Shown one piece after another: positions 8,033 through 17,958 of a stretch of 45,537 nucleotides of DNA; the stretch's first letter is position 1; each line of letters opens with the position of its first letter. Source of the DNA: a virus (taxonomy: Duplodnaviria > Caudoviricetes); IMG/VR virus record IMGVR_UViG_3300043220_000053, positions 1 to 45,537 of that record; one strand, written 5' to 3'. The position numbers and the translations under genes are program-made. The notes under the pieces are model-generated. The model searched no databases, was not told where the DNA came from, and was given only the letters and a program-made list of their open reading frames with translations.

Positions 8033-9517
8033 TTAACGGAGGCCCACCGCCCCGCGCTCCTCGCCGAACGACAGGCCCGACTGAAGAGCACCGATGACGG
8101 CTTGCGGCGGTACACCTGCCGCCTTATAGGCGCTCAGAAGAAGGTTGAACCTTGTCGGGTTCGTCACCCTTAATTGATTCAACTGCTCCGCCACCATGAA
8201 CGGCGCGGGCAACAGCACCCCCGTTGTCGGTTCCACAATCGGCGCAGAGAACTCTGTGAACGCGGAAGGCCGTTCGCCTATCTCTCCAAAACCCCGCCTC
8301 GCCTCCGCGCCGGTGAACTTTGTCGCCCCTAACGGCCCAAACGCTTCTATATCCGGCACCCTTACGATGTCGCGTGGGTTGACTTGCTTTAGTGCGCCCG
8401 TGCCCAGCAATCTTCGCTCGCCCGTCTCGGGGTCAACAATGAACACCTCTGGACTGCCGATTTTCTGAACAAAACTCGGCGCAATGCCCAACCGCCCAAA
8501 CACCCCCGCCCCCCTCTTTCCTCTTAGGTTGAGCCTGCCCTGCTCCCCGAACTTCACTCTCGGTAGCCTGCTGAAACCCAGGGAACTGAATATTCCCGAC
8601 GTGGTGAGTGCGGGGAACAGAGTTGATTTGTCGAACTTGATCTTCTGGAAGTCAAAGTCGCCGATAGTCCCGCCGTGCGCGAAGTTGCCACCTAGAGGAA
8701 TCACCCTCACCCCCTGGGCTGAGATTTCCAGCACTTCCTCGCCCTTCTCCCCTACCCGCACAGCCACAGACTCCCCTGGAGGGGGTAGAGGGATATTAGC
8801 CCCGCCCGCAGCGCCAAACCCGCCTGGGGCTTCAGGCGGCTGGGCGCCCGTGAGTTCATCTATAGTGGCCTGTAGTTCGTCAGCGGTGGCGTTAGGGTCT
8901 ACCGTAGGCGTGGGCGCGGAGGCGAACTGCTGTAGCTGTTTCTGGAACCCCTGCTGAGGAGTAGTGCCGAACGGGGCGGTTCCGCCAGCCACCGCCGCGA
9001 ACCTGAATGGGTCGGGCTGAAGGTTCGCCAATGTGTTCCGCGCCTGAGACTGGGCGTCCAGGAAGTCGCTGATTAACGTGCTAAGGGTGCCGAGGCGAGT
9101 TTCCTGTGCCTGTTGTTCCGCCAGCAGCTCAGCGGCCTCAATGTCGGCCTGCCGATTAAGTTTGGCCTGCGCCGCGAGAAACTCCTCTTGCTGTGTCTGG
9201 GCAGCCTGTGTGGAGGCAAAGGTGGGGGGAGCCCGACCAGCCGGGCCAACAGTACCAGCTCTAGGGTCTAAGAAACCGAAAGCCTTTAAGAGGCTGGGAT
9301 CAGCAATCGCAAACTCGAAGAATTCCTGACCACTGACGTCTGTCACCCTTTCGACGGTGTGCAGAACCCCCTGGGCGTTTGCGACGATTGCATACCCAAC
9401 TAGGTCGGAAGCAGAAAGGGGCTGACCCGTCTTAGGATCAAGCCATCCCGTTTCAGAAGCTCCACCGTCTCCAGCAGTGGGCGCACCTGGTGGTCTTCCT
9501 CTTCTAGGTGGTGGCAT
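8033..9517 (-). CDS. Internal virion/DNA-ejection protein
   Basis: 494 aa, Gln/Ala-rich helices, AAGG...VGEKGEE motif; lies between the large internal protein and the scaffold. Confidence 0.55.
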   Translation of the reverse strand: MPPPRRGRPPGAPTAGDGGASETGWLDPKTGQPLSASDLVGYAIVANAQGVLHTVERVTDVSGQEFFEFAIADPSLLKAFGFLDPRAGTVGPAGRAPPTFASTQAAQTQQEEFLAAQAKLNRQADIEAAELLAEQQAQETRLGTLSTLISDFLDAQSQARNTLANLQPDPFRFAAVAGGTAPFGTTPQQGFQKQLQQFASAPTPTVDPNATADELQATIDELTGAQPPEAPGGFGAAGGANIPLPPPGESVAVRVGEKGEEVLEISAQGVRVIPLGGNFAHGGTIGDFDFQKIKFDKSTLFPALTTSGIFSSLGFSRLPRVKFGEQGRLNLRGKRGAGVFGRLGIAPSFVQKIGSPEVFIVDPETGERRLLGTGALKQVNPRDIVRVPDIEAFGPLGATKFTGAEARRGFGEIGERPSAFTEFSAPIVEPTTGVLLPAPFMVAEQLNQLRVTNPTRFNLLLSAYKAAGVPPQAVIGALQSGLSFGEERGAVGLR

Positions 9518-9532
9518 TGTTCATCCCCAATA

Positions 9533-9557
9533 GAAAAAGCCCGCCGACTTGACGGGC
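9533..9557 (-). terminator. Intrinsic terminator
   Basis: Minus strand GCCCG-TCAAGTCGG-CGGGC-TTTTTC. Confidence 0.7.
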
Positions 9558-9569
9558 CATGATAAAATG
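9558..9569. promoter_or_regulatory. Variant 12-bp motif (CATTTTATCATG on the minus strand)
   Basis: One mismatch; abuts the terminator stem. Confidence 0.6.
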
Positions 9570-9590
9570 GATTACTCGAAAGGCTAGGAT

Positions 9591-9761
9591 ATGAAATACG
9601 AGTGGCAAGAGTGGGTTGTTGGCATCTTGGGTTTCTTGCTGATTGTCGCTATCCTCGTTGGATTAGCGGTGCTGATAGTTTCATCCATTGACTGGCCTAC
9701 AGACGGCGAACCCAGCGATCCGAACGCAATTCTACACATCATGGCACAGGGATACGGCTAG
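9591..9761 (+). CDS. Antisense single-TM microprotein (56 aa), superinfection-exclusion candidate
   Basis: MKYEWQEWVVGILGFLLIVAILVGLAVLIVSSIDWP...; fills an otherwise empty gap between the ejection genes. Confidence 0.6.
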   Translation: MKYEWQEWVVGILGFLLIVAILVGLAVLIVSSIDWPTDGEPSDPNAILHIMAQGYG

Positions 9762-12700
9762 ATTGAATCTCGGTTGTTGGCACGGGGATGCGGGAAGATT
9801 CCAGCGTAGTCGTGGGCACGGGGATGCGGGAACTCTCTTGAGGCGCGCCGAGTTGGGCCTGAATCTCACGCCGCCTAAACATATCGGGAAAGAACGGCAA
9901 CAAGACCTCAGTTGAAGTAAGAAGCGTCTCATCATACTTAGGATTGCGTAGCTGGCTGGCCCCTGTCGAGCCTGGGCGCACAAGGAACGCCATTTGCAGT
10001 ACGTCTCCTGCAATACCATTCTCCTGCCCCACTAGCCGGTATATATCTTCGGCAGGAACGTCAGAGAGACCCTGGAAGGCAAACTGAGTTCGCTTGCGCT
10101 CCACCAAATCATGCACGTCCTCAATCTGCTTTTGCTCAGTGGCTCCAATGCCTGTCCAACGAGGAATATCGAACAGTTCTCGCCTCTTCTTCCGCGCCGC
10201 GCCGAAGTCCTCAACCGCTCTCTGTAACACGGGATCGTCGCCAGGAGCGTCCACCAAATCAAGCGCCCGCTGCAAACGTGGGTCGAGTTTCTTAAAAGCA
10301 GCATCCTTCTCCGCAAAGAACTCGTCCCAAAGAGGCTCAAATGTTGTGGGATCACGTCTCAGCTTGATGTCCCGCCATGCAAGATACTCTGGGCTACCTC
10401 TCTTCTCCTTGCCGAATACAGCCTCAAATATCGCGCCCGAAACTCTGTCCAGATAGTCTATCCACACGTCAGCGAACTCTAGGCCAGCGTCGTTGTTTCC
10501 CGTAAGTATCGCCTCCGCGCTCAGCCCCCGCAGGGCTTCAACGCCGTGCGCTAGGCTAAATAGACCCAACTCAGTCGCCTGCGCTATCCTCACTTCCTCC
10601 GTCTCCATCTGCTCAGGGGAAGGCTGGAACGCATCCTCCAACGCGGCTTTGTTGTTGTCTTCTTCAATAGCCCCTCGGACAAGCCGGTTGTCGTCCGGTG
10701 TCGCCTGGTAAGTCCTGTCGGGGAAGGTCTCCTCAAACGCTCTCTTCTTCTTTTCGCCTGGGGTTTCGTAGGTCTGGAAACCCACACCCAAAAACGCAGC
10801 GGTAGACAACAAGCCTATCGTCGCCCCTTCCTGTTCAACCGCATCTTTGATGTCCTGTATGGCGAGGGGAAGGGTTCGGTTCAGTATGTCGCCCGCAGTC
10901 CCAACCTCTTCCCCGATAGCGGTCTCCCCCACCGACACGTCAATAAGTAGCGCCGCTGGCGGGGCAAGCTTGCTACGACCAAACCCGACTAGCGTATCAA
11001 GCGTACTCTGCGGGACGACGAAGCCCGTCGCTGTTTTCCTCTTGCCCGTTATCATCCGAGCGATGACCGTTGCCCAGGGCCGCGCACCGCCCCAGAAGTC
11101 GATGCGGGTCTTGCCAATCTTAATCTTCCCGAAGTCGCTGGACAGTGGATTCAGCTCCACGTCTCCCGCGCCCGACATCTTAACCAAAGCCAGTATTGTG
11201 AGCCCCGCGCCCACCGATGTCACTAGTTCCTGTGTGGCAAGCCGCGCCACTCTGGTTGTCTGCCCAGGGACACCTAAAACCGTGCCCGTCACCCTCCTGG
11301 CCCCAGGAAGATTGTTGACCGTCGCGGCTAAGAATAATTGTGGCCTCGATGCCGCGAAGCGGGGCGCAAAGAAGCCAAAAGAAAGGCTCTTGGCAAGTTC
11401 GGGCGGAAGATTCCCGCGGCCCGTGAGGACGTTGAACAGAATCCCCAGGTCGGCAATCTCGTCAGCGGTCGCGGGCTTGGCCTGCCGCGCCCATGACTGA
11501 AGAGTATTACGGAAGATGTCCGCACGTAGTTTGTCGCCGTAAGCGATGAATCCCCGCTCGGAAAACCCAACCCCAGGGATGCGATGAGCCAGAGTTGAAA
11601 GGAACTCCTCTGCCCGTGCCTCAAACGCTTCCGTGCCTGAGATGTCGGGCAAGAATAGTTTAGACTCTTCCATCAATTCGTTAAGGGGGCGGAATCCCTC
11701 AGCGGTCTCTATCAATGTCCTGTCGTTCTTAATCGCAGCCACCATCTGTTCCGCAAAGTCAGGGTTCTTAGCGGCTCGGAGCATCGCGGGAAGGTTCCCG
11801 AAGAACTCCTTAGGGTGTCGCGCAAACGCGAACACGCCCTGCCGGAACGGGAACGAGAGGTCGAACGCCGCAAGGAAAGAGCGCGGAATGTTGAGGGCGT
11901 CCAACGTCAGCCGCCAGAACCGCTCCCCGAACGGCCTGAGCTTCTGAAGCTCACGGGCGAACTCTGGGCCGTAGACACGCTCTAGATTCTTCAGCTCCCC
12001 AGGAGTCGGTAGCCGTCCGAATAGGATGCCCTTCTTCTCAAGAGAACCTATCAGGCTCTCGATGATGTTACCCCTAGTGAAGAGTTCGCGGTCAAGCGCG
12101 GGCGAGAAGCGGGCGATGTTGATGAAATTGGTCACCTCTTCTTGGGTGAACGCCTCCGCGACAACCCCCGTGACCCGTTCAGTTGGCTCAACGTCACCCC
12201 TAGCTATCGCCTCGAATAAGCCGCGCTGCTTTGCCGTTATGGGCTTTCCTTTAATCTTGCCCGTCGCTAGGGCTCGGTTGGCAGCTTCTACCGAAGGAAA
12301 CTCGCCAGGGATAAGCGTTACCTCGAACTCAGGAGGTTCAGGGAGTTTACCCCTCTGTGCGGTACGAAGCCCCTTCAGCGCCTCTTCCGGCGTCCTCGCC
12401 TCTGCCTCAAACGGAACACGCCCCCTCGCTGCACGCCTACCTAGTTCTTCTGCCCGTTCTGCTTTCAGGGTGCGCTGCGTAGGTTTAGCCGTCCTGAGTA
12501 CCTTGACGAACTTCTGGACAGACGGGTCAAGAGAGGGAATAGCCGTCCTTGAGCTGGGGCCGAAGCGGAAGTCGCGCCCGATGTCCTTCAGGCGAGTGGT
12601 TATTCCTATCCTCTCAGCCGCCTCAACAAGTTCCGGCGCAGTCACGGGCCGGACGGTTCCCGAAGCGTCACGAATGATGGCCTTCTCGCCTACAACTTGA

Positions 12701-14379
12701 ATTAGCGTACCCTCAATCTGTTCACCTTCTTGGCTAAGACCCGTAACTCTGGCCCCTGGCCTCATCCCTTTAGGACGGGCCTTGAAGCCTCCTGGGATAC
12801 CCCCTTGGGGTAGAATTGGGTCAATGAGCCGCCCGAAGAAGTCTTTAATGTCAACCAACCCCTCCAATTTTCCTCCGCCTACCTCCCCACCACGTAATGG
12901 GCCAGGGGCTGTCTCTTCGCCTGCAAAACGGGCACGCCCAAACTCATCGAGTTCCTGAAGTTCTCCTGGGGTTCGTGCGCTAACCGCCGTCTCCTGCGGG
13001 CCAAACGCTACCTCTTCAGGCGTCAGCGGTCTAGGCCGCCGTATCGCCTGTAAGTCAAACCCAGGACGGCCCGCCGTATTAAAAGCATCGTCAACGATGT
13101 TGATGTTACCCCGCCCAGATTTCAGAATGCGGATGTAGCTCCTGTCGTGCTTCTTCGGAACGAAGCGAGCAAGGCCACCGCTAGTACGCTCTATGGCAGC
13201 CTTGCGCTCTGCCGTAGAGAGGCTGTCCCACCAAACACGGGTAGCATCACCTATGTTTTCAATCGCTCCCCCACCACGTAATGGGCCTCCCCCAGCCTCA
13301 CCTACCTCACTAATACCCCGTATGGCATCCTGAATGATCGGCGTCTCTCGAACTGCCCTTGAAAGTTCCGCTACGCCCGCCAGTCCTCTTCTGCTCAGTA
13401 CAGTCAGCCCTCGCAGCGTACCCCTCACCAGTTGGGGTTCAAGACCAGTAGCCAAGAGGTTGGAAATCAATACCTCTGCTGCCGCAGCGCCTCGCAGCCC
13501 TGACGCTGCCTGTAGGGCAACGGGGGCGATCAGGACGAGAGCAGCGGGGTTGATTATCTCAGTCGCTATGTCCTCGACAATTTGGCTCTGGATAGCTGTA
13601 GCAACCCCGCCAGCGGCAGGAGACACCCCAGGGATTCCCGCCGCCTCCACTTGCGCGAACGGCTCGGCCACGATGGGCTGTGCGGCCTGCACAACGGGGC
13701 GGCTAATCTCCGCTCCCGTCTCAAACGTAGTCTTGCCTGTACGGGGATCGCGGCGGAACGGGCCTCCAAGAATCCCACCCGTGGGTTCTGTCTCAAGGAA
13801 CTGTATCCCTGTGCCAATGTCCTCCAGCGCTTCTTTACCCGCCCCTGGGCGACCGAGAACCAACGCCTCAGTCCCTCTGAGGCCCGCGCTTAACAGCTTC
13901 CCAAACAGACCCTTCCTTTCTTGGGGCTGGGCGGCGCGAAGCTCCTCGCCGAATTCCTCCTCTAGCCTCTCAAGAGCAAGGCTCTCAACGGTAGTGCCTG
14001 GGGGTGTCCTAGTCGGAAAACTCCGCCGCGTTTCCTCTAGTAGTTCTACGTAGCGAAAGGCTATTTGTTGTTGACGATCTCCTACTTCGGTGCCACTAAG
14101 GGCAGGGTCGGGAAATACTCGCCCCCTGCGAATTGCCGTACTCTCTGGCGTGGGCCTCGCCTCTACGGGAATCCGTGGCAAGGGCTGGAACGCTGGCGGC
14201 TGCTGCCGCTGCTCCACCTCCCTAAACAGTCTCAGGCTCTCCTCCATCGCCCGTCTTCGGTCTTCCAGGTCTATGGCGTCGGCAACGGTATCCTCCATGC
14301 TCTGAGTCGTGGAGCCGAGCTGAGTACGAAGCCGCATCAGCCTCACATCGGGGGTCTCGAAAGAGCCAAGGACTACCAT
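9739..14379 (-). CDS. Large internal virion/ejection protein (large polyvalent protein-like)
   Basis: 1546 aa, helical; C-terminal region with hydrophobic segments and DFGKIKIGKTRIDFWGG; downstream of the portal. Confidence 0.7.
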   Translation of the reverse strand: MVVLGSFETPDVRLMRLRTQLGSTTQSMEDTVADAIDLEDRRRAMEESLRLFREVEQRQQPPAFQPLPRIPVEARPTPESTAIRRGRVFPDPALSGTEVGDRQQQIAFRYVELLEETRRSFPTRTPPGTTVESLALERLEEEFGEELRAAQPQERKGLFGKLLSAGLRGTEALVLGRPGAGKEALEDIGTGIQFLETEPTGGILGGPFRRDPRTGKTTFETGAEISRPVVQAAQPIVAEPFAQVEAAGIPGVSPAAGGVATAIQSQIVEDIATEIINPAALVLIAPVALQAASGLRGAAAAEVLISNLLATGLEPQLVRGTLRGLTVLSRRGLAGVAELSRAVRETPIIQDAIRGISEVGEAGGGPLRGGGAIENIGDATRVWWDSLSTAERKAAIERTSGGLARFVPKKHDRSYIRILKSGRGNINIVDDAFNTAGRPGFDLQAIRRPRPLTPEEVAFGPQETAVSARTPGELQELDEFGRARFAGEETAPGPLRGGEVGGGKLEGLVDIKDFFGRLIDPILPQGGIPGGFKARPKGMRPGARVTGLSQEGEQIEGTLIQVVGEKAIIRDASGTVRPVTAPELVEAAERIGITTRLKDIGRDFRFGPSSRTAIPSLDPSVQKFVKVLRTAKPTQRTLKAERAEELGRRAARGRVPFEAEARTPEEALKGLRTAQRGKLPEPPEFEVTLIPGEFPSVEAANRALATGKIKGKPITAKQRGLFEAIARGDVEPTERVTGVVAEAFTQEEVTNFINIARFSPALDRELFTRGNIIESLIGSLEKKGILFGRLPTPGELKNLERVYGPEFARELQKLRPFGERFWRLTLDALNIPRSFLAAFDLSFPFRQGVFAFARHPKEFFGNLPAMLRAAKNPDFAEQMVAAIKNDRTLIETAEGFRPLNELMEESKLFLPDISGTEAFEARAEEFLSTLAHRIPGVGFSERGFIAYGDKLRADIFRNTLQSWARQAKPATADEIADLGILFNVLTGRGNLPPELAKSLSFGFFAPRFAASRPQLFLAATVNNLPGARRVTGTVLGVPGQTTRVARLATQELVTSVGAGLTILALVKMSGAGDVELNPLSSDFGKIKIGKTRIDFWGGARPWATVIARMITGKRKTATGFVVPQSTLDTLVGFGRSKLAPPAALLIDVSVGETAIGEEVGTAGDILNRTLPLAIQDIKDAVEQEGATIGLLSTAAFLGVGFQTYETPGEKKKRAFEETFPDRTYQATPDDNRLVRGAIEEDNNKAALEDAFQPSPEQMETEEVRIAQATELGLFSLAHGVEALRGLSAEAILTGNNDAGLEFADVWIDYLDRVSGAIFEAVFGKEKRGSPEYLAWRDIKLRRDPTTFEPLWDEFFAEKDAAFKKLDPRLQRALDLVDAPGDDPVLQRAVEDFGAARKKRRELFDIPRWTGIGATEQKQIEDVHDLVERKRTQFAFQGLSDVPAEDIYRLVGQENGIAGDVLQMAFLVRPGSTGASQLRNPKYDETLLTSTEVLLPFFPDMFRRREIQAQLGAPQESSRIPVPTTTLESSRIPVPTTEIQSSRIPVP
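9742..9838 (-). repeat. Three copies of a 36-bp in-frame tandem repeat, (E/Q)SSRIPVP(TT)
   Basis: Visible in both DNA and protein. Confidence 0.85.
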
Positions 14380-14660
14380 TACCGCTTTGACTCCATCTCT
14401 TTCGCATACTTAACCATCTGCTCCACGGTAGCTTTCTGGTCGGTAAAGAACTGGGCCAAGTGCTCAGGGTTCTCTCTCATCAAGGCGTATTCTTCCCGTC
14501 GCTGTTCGGGCGAGACCTTCACGCTCCCCAAAGAACGGTTGAGTATGTCTTCCCTGACGGCTTTGTCCAGCTCAGCGGCGTACTGCCCCGCTTCCACGAC
14601 GGTCTTTTCGTGTATGGAGGTCGCGTCGTTGGCTTCTGGGGTGCCGAAATCGTCAGGCAT
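14379..14660 (-). CDS. Hypothetical protein
   Basis: RBS GGAGG; its stop overlaps the ATG of the large gene. Confidence 0.7.
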   Translation of the reverse strand: MPDDFGTPEANDATSIHEKTVVEAGQYAAELDKAVREDILNRSLGSVKVSPEQRREEYALMRENPEHLAQFFTDQKATVEQMVKYAKEMESKR

Positions 14661-14832
14661 CCTTAACCCTCCAAAGGGCACGGAGCATCCTTAGTAATTT
14701 CGGCTCCCTCCCTCCTATCAAGTAGCGTTTATATGCCTCATCCAGCGTCAGGATGCCGCTCTGTTCCCATGCCAACTCCACAGAGGAGATAAGGTTTTGT
14801 TTCCGAACCAAGTCATCTATCTCATCTGCCAC
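14653..14832 (-). CDS. Hypothetical protein (59 aa)
   Basis: GTG start; MADEIDDLVRKQNL...; overlaps both neighbours and fills the gap. Confidence 0.5.
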   Translation of the reverse strand: MADEIDDLVRKQNLISSVELAWEQSGILTLDEAYKRYLIGGREPKLLRMLRALWRVKDA

Positions 14833-16624
14833 TGACTTGCACCATGCCCTCTCTGGCCCGATTCGCCTCGCCCCTGGCTTCGGGGACGGTCTGCCCCTGC
14901 ACCTGCGCCGCCATCTGGATGCCTTGTTTCACGGTCTCCGGAAGGGCGGCGAAGTCCTGGGCGAGAATGTCGGAATTGGCGGGTGTGGCCGCGATCTGGA
15001 AGGCGACCTGTGACGCGGCCTCTACCCTCTGCTGCACCAATGCGGCCCGAATCTTGTCCAGGTCGCGCTTACGCATCTCCTCTAGAGGGTTGGCGATGGG
15101 GGTGTAGAGTTCCATCGCGGTCTCCAAGGACATAATTCCGTTCACGGGGTCGCTCGCTAATCGAGCAGTGACGATCATCTGGTTCTGGTTGATGGGAATT
15201 TGCGCCTTTATCTTCGCCTGTAGCCTTTTGTCCCATCCCTTCAGGTCGGAAGCAACAAGGTTGGTCTTCTTAGAAATCCCCTTTGAGTTGACGAAGGAAA
15301 GCGGGATTGAGTCCGTCAGCCCGATGTCCTTGAACGTCTCGGAGAATGAAATGAGAGAGGCGATGAAGTGCCGAGCAACACTTTTGGCCGCTTCGGAGAG
15401 GAAGTCTATCGCGGGGCCAAAGTCGTTCTGGGCTATCTGCGACTTGGTGTTGAACTCAACCCCTGACTCGCTGGCGTTCTCCGAAAGCCCCAAGAGGGAG
15501 GGCCGGATAGCGTTCTCCTGCGTAAAGGAGCGGGCAATCGCCAGGAATCCCGTATTGTCGGGGTTGGCCTGCGCTGCGCCCAGAAGATAGACCTTTTCAT
15601 TGAGCCCCATTACGATCTCGCCGTCTGGTGTGATGGGGATGAGATCGGCATTTGACTTATCGGTGCTGTCCTGGCGACGCGCCTCTAAATCTAGCTCGAA
15701 CACCCGCTGGGCGCGGGCCGACTTTCTGCCGCTGTGGCGTATATCAGTGAGGGCACCGTCCATCTCAGGGATGAGGTGCCTGAGCGCCGCCACCGACCCT
15801 TCCCACACAATCCCCTCATCGTTCTCCGACAAGGGCGGGGCCTCCATGAGAACGTAGGGGTTCATTTTCATCCCGTGTTCCCACGGCTCTATCGCGTCCT
15901 GGGCGGGGATCGCCATAAACCCAAATCCCGTAACCCCACCGTGCTTGGCGATCACGGTTCTCATGTGAGTTTTGTCAGCGTAGACGATGACCTTAACTTT
16001 TTCGGTGTCCTTCTCCAAACCAAATCGCGAATTGTAGGCTTCCTCAAGCTGCCTAGCAGTCATCGTCCGTATCTCCACCACCTGGTCTAGCTCTCTTTTG
16101 AGGGTGAAGGTGGGCCAGCAATCTCGGACATCAATTTTTTGCCCAATTACCGGGAAGTTCTCCAACTTCAGTTCGGTCAGCCTGTCGGCGTACTCCCTGT
16201 CGGGTGTGTCGCCCTGTTCCCACTCAGGCCCTTTCCAGAGCTTGGGGAGATGGTGAATCAGCAACCATCCCCGCCCAACATCGACAACATCTCGGATAGC
16301 CCTCAGCCACGCCAACCACGTCCCTGAGAGGTTCCAAATCTCCTGGGTCGCGGCCTCCAACTCCTCGGCATACGCCTTCAGGGTGTCCCTGGGGGCGGTG
16401 TAGGCGATAAAAGGGGCAGCGGACAGGTAAGACCTGTTCTGGGCCGTGACGAGCTTCCCGTAGCCCGTGCCCACGGGCCTGACCTGAAGCTTCTTGTCCT
16501 TCTGAGCATCGATGATGTGCTTCTGCCGAATGATGTCCTTGTCGAGAATGTCGTTATCTCTTTGTTTGGAGAATGTCTTCTCTTGATGAGTGGCAAGCTC
16601 GTTGATCTCTTTCGGAGTTAGCAT
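14822..16624 (-). CDS. Portal protein
   Basis: 600 aa, translationally coupled to TerL; podovirus-portal-like size and Gln/Ala-rich tail. Confidence 0.85.
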   Translation of the reverse strand: MLTPKEINELATHQEKTFSKQRDNDILDKDIIRQKHIIDAQKDKKLQVRPVGTGYGKLVTAQNRSYLSAAPFIAYTAPRDTLKAYAEELEAATQEIWNLSGTWLAWLRAIRDVVDVGRGWLLIHHLPKLWKGPEWEQGDTPDREYADRLTELKLENFPVIGQKIDVRDCWPTFTLKRELDQVVEIRTMTARQLEEAYNSRFGLEKDTEKVKVIVYADKTHMRTVIAKHGGVTGFGFMAIPAQDAIEPWEHGMKMNPYVLMEAPPLSENDEGIVWEGSVAALRHLIPEMDGALTDIRHSGRKSARAQRVFELDLEARRQDSTDKSNADLIPITPDGEIVMGLNEKVYLLGAAQANPDNTGFLAIARSFTQENAIRPSLLGLSENASESGVEFNTKSQIAQNDFGPAIDFLSEAAKSVARHFIASLISFSETFKDIGLTDSIPLSFVNSKGISKKTNLVASDLKGWDKRLQAKIKAQIPINQNQMIVTARLASDPVNGIMSLETAMELYTPIANPLEEMRKRDLDKIRAALVQQRVEAASQVAFQIAATPANSDILAQDFAALPETVKQGIQMAAQVQGQTVPEARGEANRAREGMVQVSGR

Positions 16625-17958
16625 TAGTTCCAGCCCGATTCCACTATTTGGGGGCGGTAGGAGTAGTCAGCGCCAGCGCGGTCGAACGCGGACATTCCGT
16701 AGGCTCCATCGTCGTAGGCGTGGTCGCTACAGCCAGGAGCCCACTTTCCCAATACCATTTCGCCGGGGCGAGGCTCCCTATAAGCCAAGTTCCGCATTTC
16801 GGAGATCATATTGAGACAGTCGGGGGAGATAAAGATGCGCGGCTCCCCACGCTCCAGGCCCACGCTTCTTACTTTTAGCCGGTTCCGCCACAGCCGGATA
16901 CGGTCTTCAAACCCCTTGGCGTGGGGTGCTGCCCGTTTCAGGCCGTGCAGGCCGTACATGTTACGCAGATGCTCTAGTTCACTTTCAGACCGCGAGGGGT
17001 CGCACCTGATCTCGTAAGACCCCCACTCCTCGCACTTTCTGACCCAATCGTAGTCGTCAGCCCCCCTTTTGTAGAACTCTCTCGTCACCCACACGCGGTC
17101 GGACTGGTCTAAACAGAGTTCGTGCATGGAAGTCGGGCTAGAGCCGCCGAAGTCCAGACCGTTGACTTTCCTCACGATTACGGTGTCTTCCGGCATCTCC
17201 CTTATGTGAATGTCGCCGAACTCCTCGAACGCCATCCCTTCCAACGCTGTAAACTCCCCTTCGAGCTGTTCAGCGCGGAAGCGGGTGTCAGCGTACATCT
17301 CCATCCAGTTCTCAAGCTCCTCTTTTGAGAGGTGCCAGTTGTCTTTTGTCTTGGCGCGAAATATCGGGTAGTTCGCCGCCGTCAAAGATGTTTCTGTGAA
17401 CGGGTTGACGTGCTCCATCCATATCTGTCTTAGCCAAGGTTGATGCCCAGACGGGGTGGAGGTGACGAACCCTTGAAATGGGTAATGGTTGCCGTCGCTG
17501 TCCTGCTGTCTAAGAGTCGGCATCAGCGCCAAGAAGACGTGTAGCTGGCTTCCTATCGCTATCTCATCCATGCCAAAGAACCCATAGGTCGCGCCGTGAA
17601 ACTTCTGCGGGTCATCGGCTGGCCTCAAGTCAATCAAGGAACCGTTCTTGAACGCGATCTCCTGTGGGCATCCCTGTTGGTACAGCCGGAACTCCCATAT
17701 CCCGTCCCTCCCCTTGATAGCCCCCCACTGTTGCTCCCAAACTGGGACGAAGTTTCGCCGAATCATGTCGAACGTGGGCTGCGTCAGACATCCCCGTATG
17801 CCTGGGTTAGACTGGGCCTTCTCAAACGCCTTCGCCACGAGGGAGTATGTCTTGGAGCTACCTCTGCCGCCCAAAAAGGCGGGATGCTTCGCCTCAGAAC
17901 GCACGAAGTCCTCCTGTGTCCCCCGCATCAGTTCAATGTTGAGGGTTTCAGTGACCAA
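16624..17958 (-). CDS. terL: Terminase large subunit
   Basis: Walker A GGRGSSKT, Walker B FFGMDE, motif III TSTP, nuclease motifs GLDFG and DHAYD. Confidence 0.95.
   Translation of the reverse strand: MVTETLNIELMRGTQEDFVRSEAKHPAFLGGRGSSKTYSLVAKAFEKAQSNPGIRGCLTQPTFDMIRRNFVPVWEQQWGAIKGRDGIWEFRLYQQGCPQEIAFKNGSLIDLRPADDPQKFHGATYGFFGMDEIAIGSQLHVFLALMPTLRQQDSDGNHYPFQGFVTSTPSGHQPWLRQIWMEHVNPFTETSLTAANYPIFRAKTKDNWHLSKEELENWMEMYADTRFRAEQLEGEFTALEGMAFEEFGDIHIREMPEDTVIVRKVNGLDFGGSSPTSMHELCLDQSDRVWVTREFYKRGADDYDWVRKCEEWGSYEIRCDPSRSESELEHLRNMYGLHGLKRAAPHAKGFEDRIRLWRNRLKVRSVGLERGEPRIFISPDCLNMISEMRNLAYREPRPGEMVLGKWAPGCSDHAYDDGAYGMSAFDRAGADYSYRPQIVESGWN

Noticed and set aside
9739-14379. Tape measure protein or virion RNA polymerase
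   Set aside because: No tail tube, sheath or tail chaperone genes are visible, the gene follows the portal, and I recognise no RNAP catalytic motif
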